A stretch of DNA of 64,000 bases from a virus. The notes beneath the pieces were generated by a model. That model did no database searches, had not been told where the DNA came from, and was given only the letters and a program-made list of their open reading frames with translations. Of the stretch, positions 1 through 9,763 are shown in pieces. The translations under genes and the position numbers were made by a program. Numbering within the stretch: position 1 is the stretch's first letter; the number at the start of each line of letters is the position of its first letter. The stretch is taken from IMG/VR virus record IMGVR_UViG_3300025536_000011. The stretch is one strand, 5' to 3'.

Positions 1-501
1 AGCCACCTCCCGAATAATATTAAAATTGTCAGTTTTAACGAAACTCCATTTTTTGTCAGTATCGTTAAAGGTGAAGACTACTGCTGATGGTGAAGCATTT
101 TTCAGCAAAGTCATAAAATTAAAAGTGTTATATTTAATTATTTGATCAGAATTAACGATTAAAAGCTCGTTATAGTTATCAATATATTGCTTTGCAAGTA
201 AAGCCGTACAGGCGGCTCCGGCAGTTAATTCTTCCACCGGAATAAAAATTGGTACAACATTAGGTCCGATATATTGTTCTATTAACTCGATTAAACCATA
301 TTTGGTTATATGTTCCTTCCGAGCTAGCAGAATTAAATTCACTTTTTCATAGCTATCCATGATCGGTTTAAGCGAATCTATAACACGAGCTATCATGGGA
401 CGCCCGTGTACATCAATAAATGGCTTAGGAAGATCGTAACCAGCTTCTTTGAAACGTTGCCCGGCTCCGGCCATTGGAACAACAACATTTAATTGGTTCA
501 T
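1..501 (-). CDS. Sugar-phosphate nucleotidyltransferase (NTP_transferase/GT-A fold), 3' end truncated by window edge
   Basis: Not in the ORF track. Hand translation from ATG at 501 gives MNQLNVVVPMAGAGQRFKEAGYDLPKPFIDV...LTAGAACTALLA...LLIVNSDQ, which has the GxGxRF..LPKP nucleotidyltransferase motif. Confidence 0.85.
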   Translation of the reverse strand, partial: MNQLNVVVPMAGAGQRFKEAGYDLPKPFIDVHGRPMIARVIDSLKPIMDSYEKVNLILLARKEHITKYGLIELIEQYIGPNVVPIFIPVEELTAGAACTALLAKQYIDNYNELLIVNSDQIIKYNTFNFMTLLKNASPSAVVFTFNDTDKKWSFVKTDNFNIIREVA

Positions 502-503
502 AA

Positions 504-1181
504 TTATCTTTCCAAGAAATATAAATCATTTGGTAAATAACGAAACTGTACACCCATCAGCCGAAGAAAATTAGATATGCTCTCTTCTGGACCACAAAAA
601 TGTAAAAAATGAGATAGATGATTAAACATTAAACTATATATCTTCATATTAGCGGAACCAGAGATAGCTATTTGGTCTCCTATATTTATCTCATGAAACT
701 GTGGTGCCCATATATACTTTAAATCATAATCTTCTATATTAAGAGGTTTTCTAAATAAACAATCAAATCTACACCTAATAACACAATCGTAAACAAAATT
801 ATTGTTAAATTCATAATTTGACACCAAAGCCATGCTCTGAGCAATAGAATAATACATGCTAAAAATACGGAATGTTATTCCTGGCTCCCAGAGCGAAGTA
901 ATATTATCTATATTAAATTCAACCTGTTTTTGTATTAAATGGCTTTTTGGCTTAATCTTATCTAGAAGCATCTGCATATAATTATAATCAAGAGTAGGAT
1001 ATTCTGGGATGGGTCTGTCTTGGCTAATAAAAGAATCGGCAAGTCCTGGTTTTAAGTCTCCCTTTTCCCAAGTGTGAAAAAATACATCACAATTTAATGG
1101 TTTAATAACATAAGCATAAATAGTCGGCCAACATTTTTCAAAACATCTAACTTGGCCCGAAAGACATAATGCTATTTTCAT
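504..1181 (-). CDS. Putative glycosyltransferase (IALCLSGQxR...IRCRFD type, DUF7796-like)
   Basis: Motifs MKIALCLSGQVR, DVFFHTW, SMYYSI, YDCVIRCRFD and DQIAI. Start moved to ATG 1181 because it forms an ATGA overlap with the upstream stop. Confidence 0.7.
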   Translation of the reverse strand: MKIALCLSGQVRCFEKCWPTIYAYVIKPLNCDVFFHTWEKGDLKPGLADSFISQDRPIPEYPTLDYNYMQMLLDKIKPKSHLIQKQVEFNIDNITSLWEPGITFRIFSMYYSIAQSMALVSNYEFNNNFVYDCVIRCRFDCLFRKPLNIEDYDLKYIWAPQFHEINIGDQIAISGSANMKIYSLMFNHLSHFLHFCGPEESISNFLRLMGVQFRYLPNDLYFLER

Positions 1182-1888
1182 TCCTTTGTCAACTTGTATT
1201 TGATTGGTATTTGATTCCAATTAACGCCCCTATTTTTTAGATGATCTCTTAAAATAGTCTCTGGATGAAAGTTTGTTCCGGCTCTAAACAGAGCCGGAAT
1301 ATTGAAGTAACACAGTGAATATTCCCCTATATCTCTACTAGTCCCAAAGGCAACTTGGTCATTTACACAACCATAGGTTTCATGATCGGGCGTTATAATG
1401 CCAAATTTTGATAGATGTAAGATCTCGTCCCAATTTGGTTCTTGATGCCATTCCATGTCGGTCCTACACCTTATAATTAGGTCATAGCGGCCTTTGTCTG
1501 CTTCATATATTTGGCGTATTTGGTCTGCTCGCCAAATTGAATAATGCATACTAAGCACCCCTTGAAAACTCTTAGACTGCATACGCGAATTTTCCTCAGT
1601 GCAGCTACTCTTATAAAGTGACTGATCAAAATAAAGTTGTGGCTCATAGACCACATAATTAAATTGCTTTAATATGTCTGGATTTAACTTAATATATTGG
1701 ACGAACTTACTGGCATCACTTGTATAGAGTAATTGGTCTATACTGAGTTTAGATACGCTGCACCAAAAGTGTCCGAATATATCCGCTTCTAACGGAGCCA
1801 CTAAATGCCTTTTGATACTTGGCCAACAACGATCTAAAAATCGTGGTTGTCCCGAGAGACAGATCGCCACTCGCTTCCCTTGAACCAT
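1178..1888 (-). CDS. Putative glycosyltransferase, paralog of 504..1181
   Basis: Motifs VAICLSGQPR, DIFGHFW, SMHYSI, YDLIIRCRTD and NDQVAFG. Confidence 0.7.
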   Translation of the reverse strand: MVQGKRVAICLSGQPRFLDRCWPSIKRHLVAPLEADIFGHFWCSVSKLSIDQLLYTSDASKFVQYIKLNPDILKQFNYVVYEPQLYFDQSLYKSSCTEENSRMQSKSFQGVLSMHYSIWRADQIRQIYEADKGRYDLIIRCRTDMEWHQEPNWDEILHLSKFGIITPDHETYGCVNDQVAFGTSRDIGEYSLCYFNIPALFRAGTNFHPETILRDHLKNRGVNWNQIPIKYKLTKE

Positions 1889-2517
1889 ATCGCTTCCTCG
1901 TCCATAAACTTATATAGATTATCTAAAGTAACATTCTTAGCATTATTTACTTGCCATACGTATGCTCCGGTATTCTTTGCTGCTTCAACGCCTTTTGGAG
2001 AATCTTCTACAATAATAACTTCATCTGGATTAACTTGAGCAATCATATGAGCCATCACATACCCTTCGGAACATGGTTTCGGATGATTAAACATCTCGTT
2101 AGAGATGATATAATCTGGTCCAAATAAAGATATACCGGATTTTTCTAGCATAAGTTTTGCTGTATCTATACTACAGTTTGTAACACAAATAGTATAAATA
2201 TCTTTAAAATCAAGAGTTGAAAACAAAACATGTTTAGAGTAGTCATATCTACAATTTTTGTTAATTAAATCCCTTGTATATTTCTGCTTCAATGCATAAA
2301 ACTTTGTAAAGTCTGCTCTTTTTGGGATACGCTTTTCTTTTTGTAAGATCTCTAGCTTAGTAAGTGTAGGTAAACCATTAAAAGTCTCTTTGTGCTCTTT
2401 TGCAGTCAGCTTGAACTTATATAATTCTTGCAGAGCAAGATTAAATGCGTCCTTATGCCAGTCAACTGCGTCTACAAGCACTCCATCTAAATCGAAGAAT
2501 ACTGCATGAATTGCCAT
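1834..2517 (-). CDS. HAD-superfamily phosphatase (beta-PGM-like)
   Basis: Motif I FDLDGVLVD, motif II VTN, motif III KP, motif IV IVEDSPKG. Confidence 0.9.
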   Translation of the reverse strand: MAIHAVFFDLDGVLVDAVDWHKDAFNLALQELYKFKLTAKEHKETFNGLPTLTKLEILQKEKRIPKRADFTKFYALKQKYTRDLINKNCRYDYSKHVLFSTLDFKDIYTICVTNCSIDTAKLMLEKSGISLFGPDYIISNEMFNHPKPCSEGYVMAHMIAQVNPDEVIIVEDSPKGVEAAKNTGAYVWQVNNAKNVTLDNLYKFMDEEAIWFKGSEWRSVSRDNHDF

Positions 2518-2523
2518 AATTAC

Positions 2524-3255
2524 CTACTTTTTACAGTTAATAAAGAGCCAATGTGATGGCCAGTAACTAGCATGAGAAGTCCCTTTAAAATTAGTATATT
2601 TGTCGTGTACCGAGAAAGTCCATATCCTACATACGCTAAATAAATTCAACATATCCTCTTCTATTAAAGAAAAATCACTTTGCATAATAGCAACGTCACA
2701 GGCACTATTAGTACCAGTAGCATTTACTTTATCTTCTCTGTAAAGAGCGTGACCACCACCATTAAATCCTGGCAGAAGATTACAAGCCATCTGTATGGTA
2801 ATCTGCCCGTGCGGCAACAAGGCCGCAGCCATATGTTTGAAAATATTCATACGGATAGAATGTACAGCAATATGCTGCATACAAATAGTGCTATAAATAA
2901 AATCGTAGCCTTTAGCCCCTCCTAGGTCATCCCCGCTAGAGACAAAAAACTTACTATCAGGATGTGCCTTAGCGGCCTCATCCAGAAGTCGCTGTGAAAG
3001 ATCCACACCATCTACTCTTTTAAAGAGCTTTTTCATACGATTAACCATGCGACCTGGACCACAACCAAAATCCAATGCCGACTTACTACTTAAATCGGCA
3101 AAGAGTGGCTTTTCTTCTTCTCCATATTCATTTAATAACATCTGTTCATATGGAAATACTTCATGCCAGGCGTAATTACCAACAATATACTTGGAATCTA
3201 ATGGCTGAGTATAATAACTACGTTGCATATCTAAATAGGCGGCATATTCTCCCAT
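2524..3255 (-). CDS. Class I SAM-dependent methyltransferase
   Basis: ALDFGCGPGR, GVDLS and YDFIYSTICMQHI motifs. Confidence 0.88.
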   Translation of the reverse strand: MGEYAAYLDMQRSYYTQPLDSKYIVGNYAWHEVFPYEQMLLNEYGEEEKPLFADLSSKSALDFGCGPGRMVNRMKKLFKRVDGVDLSQRLLDEAAKAHPDSKFFVSSGDDLGGAKGYDFIYSTICMQHIAVHSIRMNIFKHMAAALLPHGQITIQMACNLLPGFNGGGHALYREDKVNATGTNSACDVAIMQSDFSLIEEDMLNLFSVCRIWTFSVHDKYTNFKGTSHASYWPSHWLFINCKK

Positions 3256-3926
3256 GGAGCCCTCTCTTTTTGCTTTAAAAGTTTAACTGTTGCATATGGG
3301 TTAAAAGCTAGAGCCTTCGCTCCGTACTTGAAATAGATATCTCGCGAAATTTTTACGTCCTCGCCCTGCGACCAAACTCTTTCTTCGTCTAATGGAACCT
3401 CTAATAATACTTGGCGTTTAGCCAGGAAGTAGGCCCCGGAATAATATCCCCACCTTACATAGCCATTATAATCTTTGCGGCTATAATCTAATAGGCGTCC
3501 ATCCCCAGTAAAGTTTGGCGTAGCTGAATCTTTATAATCGGTCCAGGCGTCATTAGCAATTACACAAAAATCTCTGAATCTCGAACCATCTAAATTCTGA
3601 ATTTTATTAGTGCAGGTAAGCCAGTCGTTACCGAATCTTTCAAAGCCTTGGAACCAACCAGGTTGGAGAGCTACATAATCATGCATGAGCACTATATTCT
3701 CTCTCGTCGCTAATTGAGCGACGAGATTCTTCTTTTTGGTGATATGGTTAGGTTTAATAGTCTCATCAAATTCATACCACTTTATACCAAGAGATATTAA
3801 TTGGTCGCCCCCGACTACTATTATTTCATAACTACCATAAGGTAGCTCAAACCTAATACTACTTATAATATCTATGATACGCTTATGTTCGTTGCCAGAA
3901 GTTATGATGCCGAAGGTAAAGTCCAT
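3231..3926 (-). CDS. Glycosyltransferase family 2 (GT-A)
   Basis: MDFTFGII, YEIIVV, KKNL, LMHDY (DxD-like) and GEDV. Start ATG 3926 is coupled to the upstream small ORF by TAATG. Confidence 0.8.
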   Translation of the reverse strand: MDFTFGIITSGNEHKRIIDIISSIRFELPYGSYEIIVVGGDQLISLGIKWYEFDETIKPNHITKKKNLVAQLATRENIVLMHDYVALQPGWFQGFERFGNDWLTCTNKIQNLDGSRFRDFCVIANDAWTDYKDSATPNFTGDGRLLDYSRKDYNGYVRWGYYSGAYFLAKRQVLLEVPLDEERVWSQGEDVKISRDIYFKYGAKALAFNPYATVKLLKQKERAPWENMPPI

Positions 3927-4012
3927 TATATCGTCAGTAATAAAATTACTGCCTCTATACATAACAAATCAAACATGAAATCTAGTAAATCCAGTCGCCG
4001 TTTTTCTGTCAT
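3926..4012 (-). CDS. Small 28-aa hydrophobic peptide MTEKRRLDLLDFMFDLLCIEAVILLLTI
   Basis: Its ATG overlaps the upstream TGA (ATGA, 4009-4012) and its TAA overlaps the downstream ATG (TAATG, 3924-3928), so it exactly fills the gap. It is below the ORF-track length cutoff. Confidence 0.6.
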   Translation of the reverse strand: MTEKRRLDLLDFMFDLLCIEAVILLLTI

Positions 4013-4662
4013 TTGATCAGCCTAATGATTAGGTCTGCATGGGCCGCACCAGGGGTCTCTACACGCTCTACTTTAATTTGACAGCCAAACTGGCTTAGAA
4101 ACTTTAATAACTTCGACCTAGAGTAATTGTTCCAATAATAAGTACATCCACGCTCGTCTGGTCCCTCTTCCTTAATAATATCCTCTGAGCCGCTATGCGG
4201 CTCTAAAAAGAACACTATGATTGCTTCTTTTGAGGCAACCCGCACGGCTTCTTTGATAGCGGCTTCGTAACCATCTGGTAAGTGCTCTAACAAGTGCCTA
4301 ATACATACTAAATCAAACTCACCATCTTTAAATGGCAATTCCTGTGCGTAGCCTTCTAAAAACTCTGGTCGCGGCTGATAATCCTTATAGAGGTTTCTGG
4401 CATGTGCTAGAAATTGCTTAGTACGATCAATACCCGTGTAAGATATATTGAGCCCCATAAGTTTTATGGTTTCAAATGTAGTCCCGGTACAACAGGCAAT
4501 ATCTAGAAATTTAACTTCTGGTCCAGTACCATATAACTTAACAATATGACCAAGATACTGCCGACCTTGATTATCCAGCCCAGTACGGTGATTTCTTAAA
4601 AACACCTGAACGTGTTCAGGTGTAAAATAATCGTGGGTATCTTTTCTGTCTTTATAATTCAC
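4009..4662 (-). CDS. Class I SAM-dependent methyltransferase (Methyltransf_11-like)
   Basis: FLDIACCTG, YTGID and LPFKDGEFDLVCIRHLLEHL motifs. Confidence 0.88.
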   Translation of the reverse strand: MNYKDRKDTHDYFTPEHVQVFLRNHRTGLDNQGRQYLGHIVKLYGTGPEVKFLDIACCTGTTFETIKLMGLNISYTGIDRTKQFLAHARNLYKDYQPRPEFLEGYAQELPFKDGEFDLVCIRHLLEHLPDGYEAAIKEAVRVASKEAIIVFFLEPHSGSEDIIKEEGPDERGCTYYWNNYSRSKLLKFLSQFGCQIKVERVETPGAAHADLIIRLIK

Positions 4663-4945
4663 GTTCTACCAACTCTCTAGCATTTTCCCGAAAATATGAT
4701 ATCCCCATCCAGCATATAGGATATTTTTCCTCCGGCTTATTTGGGCTTAATAGATTGAGGATACCGTGACTCAATCCTAGTTCATTAATAGACTTTTCCC
4801 CATCATGTGGCAAACCATAATATGTAAAATCTCTAACTTTAATCTTCCAAATATTGCCACGCTTAATAGCTTGTTGACAAAATTCTAAATCGCTCATATT
4901 CACCCTCTTATGAAATTTTTCCATCATCATGCCAGTTACCAGCAA
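4652..4945 (-). CDS. Hypothetical protein
   Basis: ORF fills the operon gap. The true start may be ATG 4897 (MSDL). Confidence 0.5.
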   Translation of the reverse strand: MLVTGMMMEKFHKRVNMSDLEFCQQAIKRGNIWKIKVRDFTYYGLPHDGEKSINELGLSHGILNLLSPNKPEEKYPICWMGISYFRENARELVEREL

Positions 4946-5609
4946 AATCTATATAACCAGAGCGTCTTCCAGCCTCGCCTAAATCGCTCTTCATAATAGT
5001 TTCTTCGTTAGAAATATATGTAATTCGTACTATACCCGAACGCGGGACCAAATTAACACTATTTTCCACCCAATCTAGTAACGCCTCACGTTCATCGTTC
5101 TTAAATGACTTTGGTTCGTAAGAACTATTGTACTTATTGCTTCGCAAAAATTCAATCAGTTTTTTGTCGATATCTTTAGATTCATCTTCCGATTGGTAGC
5201 GGCCTTTTGGATTATATGGACGACCTTCACGATTAAGAAATATATCCATGCCAGAATAACAAGAGTCAAATTCACGGCAAATCTCCATCAGCGGTTTAAC
5301 TATATTAACCTCGCTGTAAAGCGAAGCATAGAAAGGTGATAACCAAATAGGGCTATCTGTAACAATAAGATCAACGCCATTCTTTAAAAGCCTATCTTCA
5401 TAGTGAATCTGCTTACCAAGTAAATACAGTTGATCGAAGCCTGATACTTTACGACCAGTATGAGCCCAAGACTTTACGTACTCATTTACAAGTTCGACAT
5501 GAAGTCCCTTATCTTTAAGGGCTGCAAAAAGCCATGCCGCAGTAGTGCTTTTACCCGAACCTGGACCACCATATAGGTTAATGCGGCGAGTTGGTATAAT
5601 CTGTAACAT
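4908..5609 (-). CDS. P-loop NTPase/kinase, NadR-type AAA (AAA_28-like)
   Basis: INLYGGPGSGKST Walker A, ELVNEYVK, IVTDSP and GRYQSEDES. Confidence 0.75.
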   Translation of the reverse strand: MLQIIPTRRINLYGGPGSGKSTTAAWLFAALKDKGLHVELVNEYVKSWAHTGRKVSGFDQLYLLGKQIHYEDRLLKNGVDLIVTDSPIWLSPFYASLYSEVNIVKPLMEICREFDSCYSGMDIFLNREGRPYNPKGRYQSEDESKDIDKKLIEFLRSNKYNSSYEPKSFKNDEREALLDWVENSVNLVPRSGIVRITYISNEETIMKSDLGEAGRRSGYIDFAGNWHDDGKIS

Positions 5610-5871
5610 TTATTAGCTCCTCAATAATTTTAATTAATTTTGGCACACTCTCTTGAGTAAAGCCACTATCTGCTTCTGAGCCTCCAATAGACCCATGCTC
5701 ACGCCATTCTGGCCCATACCAATCTCTAATCTCTTTGAATTCCTTCACTAGTTCTTGAAATCGTTCCCGAGAAAGTAATAATTCGACAATCTCTCTTTTG
5801 GATGGCAAATTACTTGGTGGTGGCTTTATTAAATTAAAATCCGGTAACGGATTAGGTTCTTTTCGTCTCAT
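5578..5871 (-). CDS. Hypothetical protein
   Basis: Co-oriented ORF overlapping both neighbours. Confidence 0.5.
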   Translation of the reverse strand: MRRKEPNPLPDFNLIKPPPSNLPSKREIVELLLSRERFQELVKEFKEIRDWYGPEWREHGSIGGSEADSGFTQESVPKLIKIIEELINVTDYTNSPH

Positions 5872-6070
5872 TTAATTTCTCCAGTAAATAATGACTAGGA
5901 TTCCAAATATGTTTAGCAGCATCATCTGATGAAGCTAATATACCACAATCTGGACAATTCCAAAATACTCCTGTTGGTTGAACAGGACCATCAAATCCAA
6001 CAAAATATAATGCAACTTCTTTATTATTTTTAAGACAATAACCATTAGTATATTGATTTTTATATGTCAT
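5852..6070 (-). CDS. Hypothetical protein, possible Zn-binding
   Basis: WNCPDCG...H motif. Tightly packed in the operon. Confidence 0.5.
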   Translation of the reverse strand: MTYKNQYTNGYCLKNNKEVALYFVGFDGPVQPTGVFWNCPDCGILASSDDAAKHIWNPSHYLLEKLNETKRT

Positions 6071-6072
6071 AG

Positions 6073-6759
6073 TTACCTTTCTACTCCAGTATGCATCGAA
6101 TATAAATATAACCGCTCGTCTAATTTATGAAACTTGTATCCAGCCGTTATTAAATCATACCACTTTTTCCAATCTTCCCGCCCGAGATATCGTTTGTCTG
6201 TATCATATCCGCCATTACTTAAGAGTACAGATTTTTTTCCTAATAAACTCCCGTGAGCTAATACGTTCTCATACTTAATGCGTTCAGATATTTGTTCATG
6301 AGTCTTATATTGACCTACTTTAAAGCAATTAGGATACCAAACTTCGTTTATTTCCCCTGGATTATATACGTCGAAGCATTCGGTAAATAACATATCTATA
6401 TCTGGATGTTGTAATAAAAAATTTCTTTGTAACTCTAGCCGACATACTAGACTAGCATCATCAGCGTCTTGATATGCCACATAATCATAATTACATTTTT
6501 GAAGCCCGTAATTTTTAGCATCCGCAAGCCCAAGTTTTCTTGGTCTCTCATATATTTTAAGACTATCTGTATCACGCCAGTCATAATATTGTAAGTTTCC
6601 TAACATATCTATCGTATCAGAGTGGCATTCATCTAATATTAAGATAATCTCGTCCGGTTGATAAGTTTGACGCATTAATGAACTCAGCGATCTCTCTAAT
6701 AAACGATCATGTATTATGTCTTGCGAATGGCAGCAAATTAGGACGCTTATTTTATCCAT
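6073..6759 (-). CDS. Glycosyltransferase family 2
   Basis: KISVLI, SLMRQTY, EIILILD, GLADAKNYG, YQDADD and EDW. Confidence 0.9.
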   Translation of the reverse strand: MDKISVLICCHSQDIIHDRLLERSLSSLMRQTYQPDEIILILDECHSDTIDMLGNLQYYDWRDTDSLKIYERPRKLGLADAKNYGLQKCNYDYVAYQDADDASLVCRLELQRNFLLQHPDIDMLFTECFDVYNPGEINEVWYPNCFKVGQYKTHEQISERIKYENVLAHGSLLGKKSVLLSNGGYDTDKRYLGREDWKKWYDLITAGYKFHKLDERLYLYSMHTGVER

Positions 6760-7637
6760 TAATATCCTATCACGTCCAATATTTCTTGTGCTCGATGCAC
6801 ATACATATGATTTTCCAGCACTCTCTTCTGACCAGCGGCTCTAACCTGATCTAAATATTGTTGATCTCTTAAGAGACTATCGCATTTTGCAATTAAATCC
6901 TTTGAATCTTGATAAGTTAAGCAGTCTATGCCCGGAATAAATAAGTCGCCCAATGCTTCTGCGTCCTCAAAAATAGTTAACGATCCGGCAGCAGGAGCCT
7001 CTAGGCCACGCATTGACATTAATCCTTTTCCGCCGCCAGCAATATCATTGATCACGATTTTACAGGACGCGAGTGCATCAATATACGCTTCGCGGAATAC
7101 CCCTGTTATCAAGTGTGCATTAATATTTGCGGCTCGAAGATCCGCGATAAGTGCTTGTCTTTCTGGTCGGTCGGAGCCAACTAGGCCGACATCATATTGC
7201 TTCGCAAAGTTAAGTGGCCTAATAAACTGTGGAGCCGCTGCGTATGGAAGGAACGATGCGGCTTTAAAGAGCCGCAAATAGTTAGGATTAGCACAAAACA
7301 CATGTGCCGCATCAATAGACTCGGCATATTGCTTACAATGCTCTGGATACATGCTTATATCGAAGCACCAGTAGGCTATCTTTTTAGGATTAAGATATTT
7401 GGGCTGAATAATTGAATTTTCAGCATCGTTTGTTTCCATCGCCAACCACAGGTCCGGCTGAAACTTATAATGACCATATAATTCACGGAAGCCTGGTCCT
7501 ATTAAATCATTACTTTCATATATATTGCCATATTCAAAGACTTCATGGCCAAGTTCACGAAATGCTTCTGAGATTAGGTGCCCTGTCTCAAAACCTCTAA
7601 TATTAGGTGAGCCTCGGTACGAGACTAGTACCCGCAT
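6759..7637 (-). CDS. Glycosyltransferase, CgeB/Glyco_trans_1_2 family (GT-B)
   Basis: YDVGLVGS, KIVIN, SMRGLEAPAAG and AGQKRVLENHMYVHRA. Start set at MRVLV. Confidence 0.85.
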   Translation of the reverse strand: MRVLVSYRGSPNIRGFETGHLISEAFRELGHEVFEYGNIYESNDLIGPGFRELYGHYKFQPDLWLAMETNDAENSIIQPKYLNPKKIAYWCFDISMYPEHCKQYAESIDAAHVFCANPNYLRLFKAASFLPYAAAPQFIRPLNFAKQYDVGLVGSDRPERQALIADLRAANINAHLITGVFREAYIDALASCKIVINDIAGGGKGLMSMRGLEAPAAGSLTIFEDAEALGDLFIPGIDCLTYQDSKDLIAKCDSLLRDQQYLDQVRAAGQKRVLENHMYVHRAQEILDVIGY

Positions 7638-8319
7638 TTTTATTCCTTTCATAAAGCATCACGGCCTGTTTACTTCCCCAAGGGGTAACTCCAAGTAATG
7701 TCACTTTTTCAAGATTCTCTTTAATCCAACGATCAACATCTCGCTTCACCGGGAGGCAAAGCTCTAGAGTATGGCCCGGAAATATTCTTTGTTGGCCACC
7801 ACCAAATATTTCTAAGTCATCTACGATAATTATCGCCTGATCGGCGAGATACTGCTCATACTTTTTAAGTCCCTCATAAGTATGCCCAGAATCATGATTT
7901 CCATCATAGAAGAAAACCCCAATTGGCGGTAAACCGCCAATAAACTCCTCGCACGCTATCTTATGTAATGTAATTCTACCACGCAGCGAGAAATCGTCTA
8001 CGGCCTGATTCCATCCGGCTAACACCTTATCTCCATCACAAAAATTATCAATTACTTGTGCCTTAGCATTATTCTGATAAAGAGCACCGACTAGGCTACG
8101 CCCACAAAAAGTGCCTATCTCCAAATACTGCTCGCCTTCGGCGAGGCATTCTGTTACAGCAATGTTAATGAGGCCACAAAGGGCCTCACAACTCCAGCCA
8201 CCGGATTTTTGTGCCACATCTATAAAATGTTGGTTGCACTTCTGCTCAAATAAGGCTCTTTGAGCCGCATTATATTCTATACCTGGGAATAAAGATAGAA
8301 ACTTGTCTGGATTAGCCAT
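7603..8319 (-). CDS. SAM methyltransferase, Methyltransf_24-like (O-methyltransferase)
   Basis: YLEIGTFCGRS, FFYDGNHD and IIIVDD. Confidence 0.85.
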   Translation of the reverse strand: MANPDKFLSLFPGIEYNAAQRALFEQKCNQHFIDVAQKSGGWSCEALCGLINIAVTECLAEGEQYLEIGTFCGRSLVGALYQNNAKAQVIDNFCDGDKVLAGWNQAVDDFSLRGRITLHKIACEEFIGGLPPIGVFFYDGNHDSGHTYEGLKKYEQYLADQAIIIVDDLEIFGGGQQRIFPGHTLELCLPVKRDVDRWIKENLEKVTLLGVTPWGSKQAVMLYERNKNAGTSLVPRLT

Positions 8320-8511
8320 TTATATCCCCTGATAATGAGAGCACACGTTCGTCCTGATCCATAATTTTTGAATTACTCTCTTAAGTTGAGAGTTCACATT
8401 TTCTATTCTTGTTTTTTCACGAAACAATCTATCATGATCATTACATAATCTCGGAAGAAATGGATGTTCTTCGCATAAAATGCAGCCGCAAGATATAGAC
8501 TTGATAAGCAT
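8320..8511 (-). CDS. Small Cys/His-rich hypothetical protein
   Basis: SCGCILC...CNDH. Fills the operon gap. Confidence 0.5.
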   Translation of the reverse strand: MLIKSISCGCILCEEHPFLPRLCNDHDRLFREKTRIENVNSQLKRVIQKLWIRTNVCSHYQGI

Positions 8512-8514
8512 TTT

Positions 8515-9507
8515 TTACCTCCAAACCTTAGTCTCTAATAGGTCCATCCTCAATAAACCTTCATTAATCGCAAATACCATCCTTTGAGCAATTTTATCCC
8601 AGGTAAATCTCTCACAGTATTCGATAGCATTCTGAGATATTTGCCTCACTAATTCTGGATCTTCTGATAAAAACTTAACTGTATTAGTTATAGCGAACAT
8701 ATTGTCTGGTGGAATAATAAAGCCATTATAGCCACTTAAAATATAATCCACGGCTCCATAGTAAGTGCAGATAGGTATGCAGCCGCAAATCATAGCTTCC
8801 TTTGGAATTGTAGGGCTTCCCGCCAGTCGGCTCGCGTCTATATAAACGTGTGATTGCTTAAAAATATTAGCTACAAGTTTACGATCTCGAACGCCATCTG
8901 GAATAACATTTATTTTAAATTTTTTAGGATCTAGCCCATTAACTGCCTGTAAGGCAGTATCAACCCCTCTAATCCAGCCTCCTCGATTAAAAATGGCAAT
9001 ATTAAGTATTCCACCATCATATTCTGTTCTACCAATATCATTAAAAATATTATCGTCTACGCCAGGTGGCACAGTCAGACCAATAACGTTACGATTATAA
9101 ACTTGCTCCATTAATATTTGGAGATAGCTTGAAACACACATTAATTTCAGTGGCAACTTATATGAATCTATAGCTCTTTTTGTCCACTCTTGCCCATTGT
9201 AAGTGAAGAGTCCCTCATTCGCGTGTACGAGAAAGAATCTATCCTGAGAGTTTTTATGAGTAGCCACTAATTCCGCCACAGGTGAGAATATGCAAACTAA
9301 AATACCGTCATACTCTTCCCATATATTACTGCCGATAGGATATATTGGAAAATCTGCATGTAGCCACAGACTTTGATATGGTGGATGCTTTACAAAACAA
9401 CATACATCATGGCCTAACTTTTTAAGCTCATTTAAAACATAAATAGTATGCTGTAAGCCACCAGATACATAATCTGCTATTGCTTCTGTAACGATGGCTA
9501 TCTTCAT
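8515..9507 (-). CDS. Glycosyltransferase family 4 (GT-B)
   Basis: MKIAIV..SGG, GHDV, PPGVD, RGVD and KEAMICG. Confidence 0.88.
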   Translation of the reverse strand: MKIAIVTEAIADYVSGGLQHTIYVLNELKKLGHDVCCFVKHPPYQSLWLHADFPIYPIGSNIWEEYDGILVCIFSPVAELVATHKNSQDRFFLVHANEGLFTYNGQEWTKRAIDSYKLPLKLMCVSSYLQILMEQVYNRNVIGLTVPPGVDDNIFNDIGRTEYDGGILNIAIFNRGGWIRGVDTALQAVNGLDPKKFKINVIPDGVRDRKLVANIFKQSHVYIDASRLAGSPTIPKEAMICGCIPICTYYGAVDYILSGYNGFIIPPDNMFAITNTVKFLSEDPELVRQISQNAIEYCERFTWDKIAQRMVFAINEGLLRMDLLETKVWR

Positions 9508-9508
9508 T

Positions 9509-9763
9509 TTAAACTAACCTTTCTATAGTGATGCGTCCTAGAGATGTATCATGCATAGCAACAAACATTTTGTGAGTTTTTGCAAACTCAGCGACAGCTT
9601 TCGGTATATTTTTATCTTTATAATTTATTGTCACACTAGATTCAGTCATACAACAATCCACGTCGGCAAAGTCGGCAAACCAACCAAACCCCTTCTCTCC
9701 AAGAAAGTTAATAAGTTCCATTTTAACAGCCAGTATAGCCGTATCAAATACCGAGTCCATCAT
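9509..9763 (-). CDS. Hypothetical protein
   Basis: Co-oriented ORF in the operon. Confidence 0.5.
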   Translation of the reverse strand: MMDSVFDTAILAVKMELINFLGEKGFGWFADFADVDCCMTESSVTINYKDKNIPKAVAEFAKTHKMFVAMHDTSLGRITIERLV

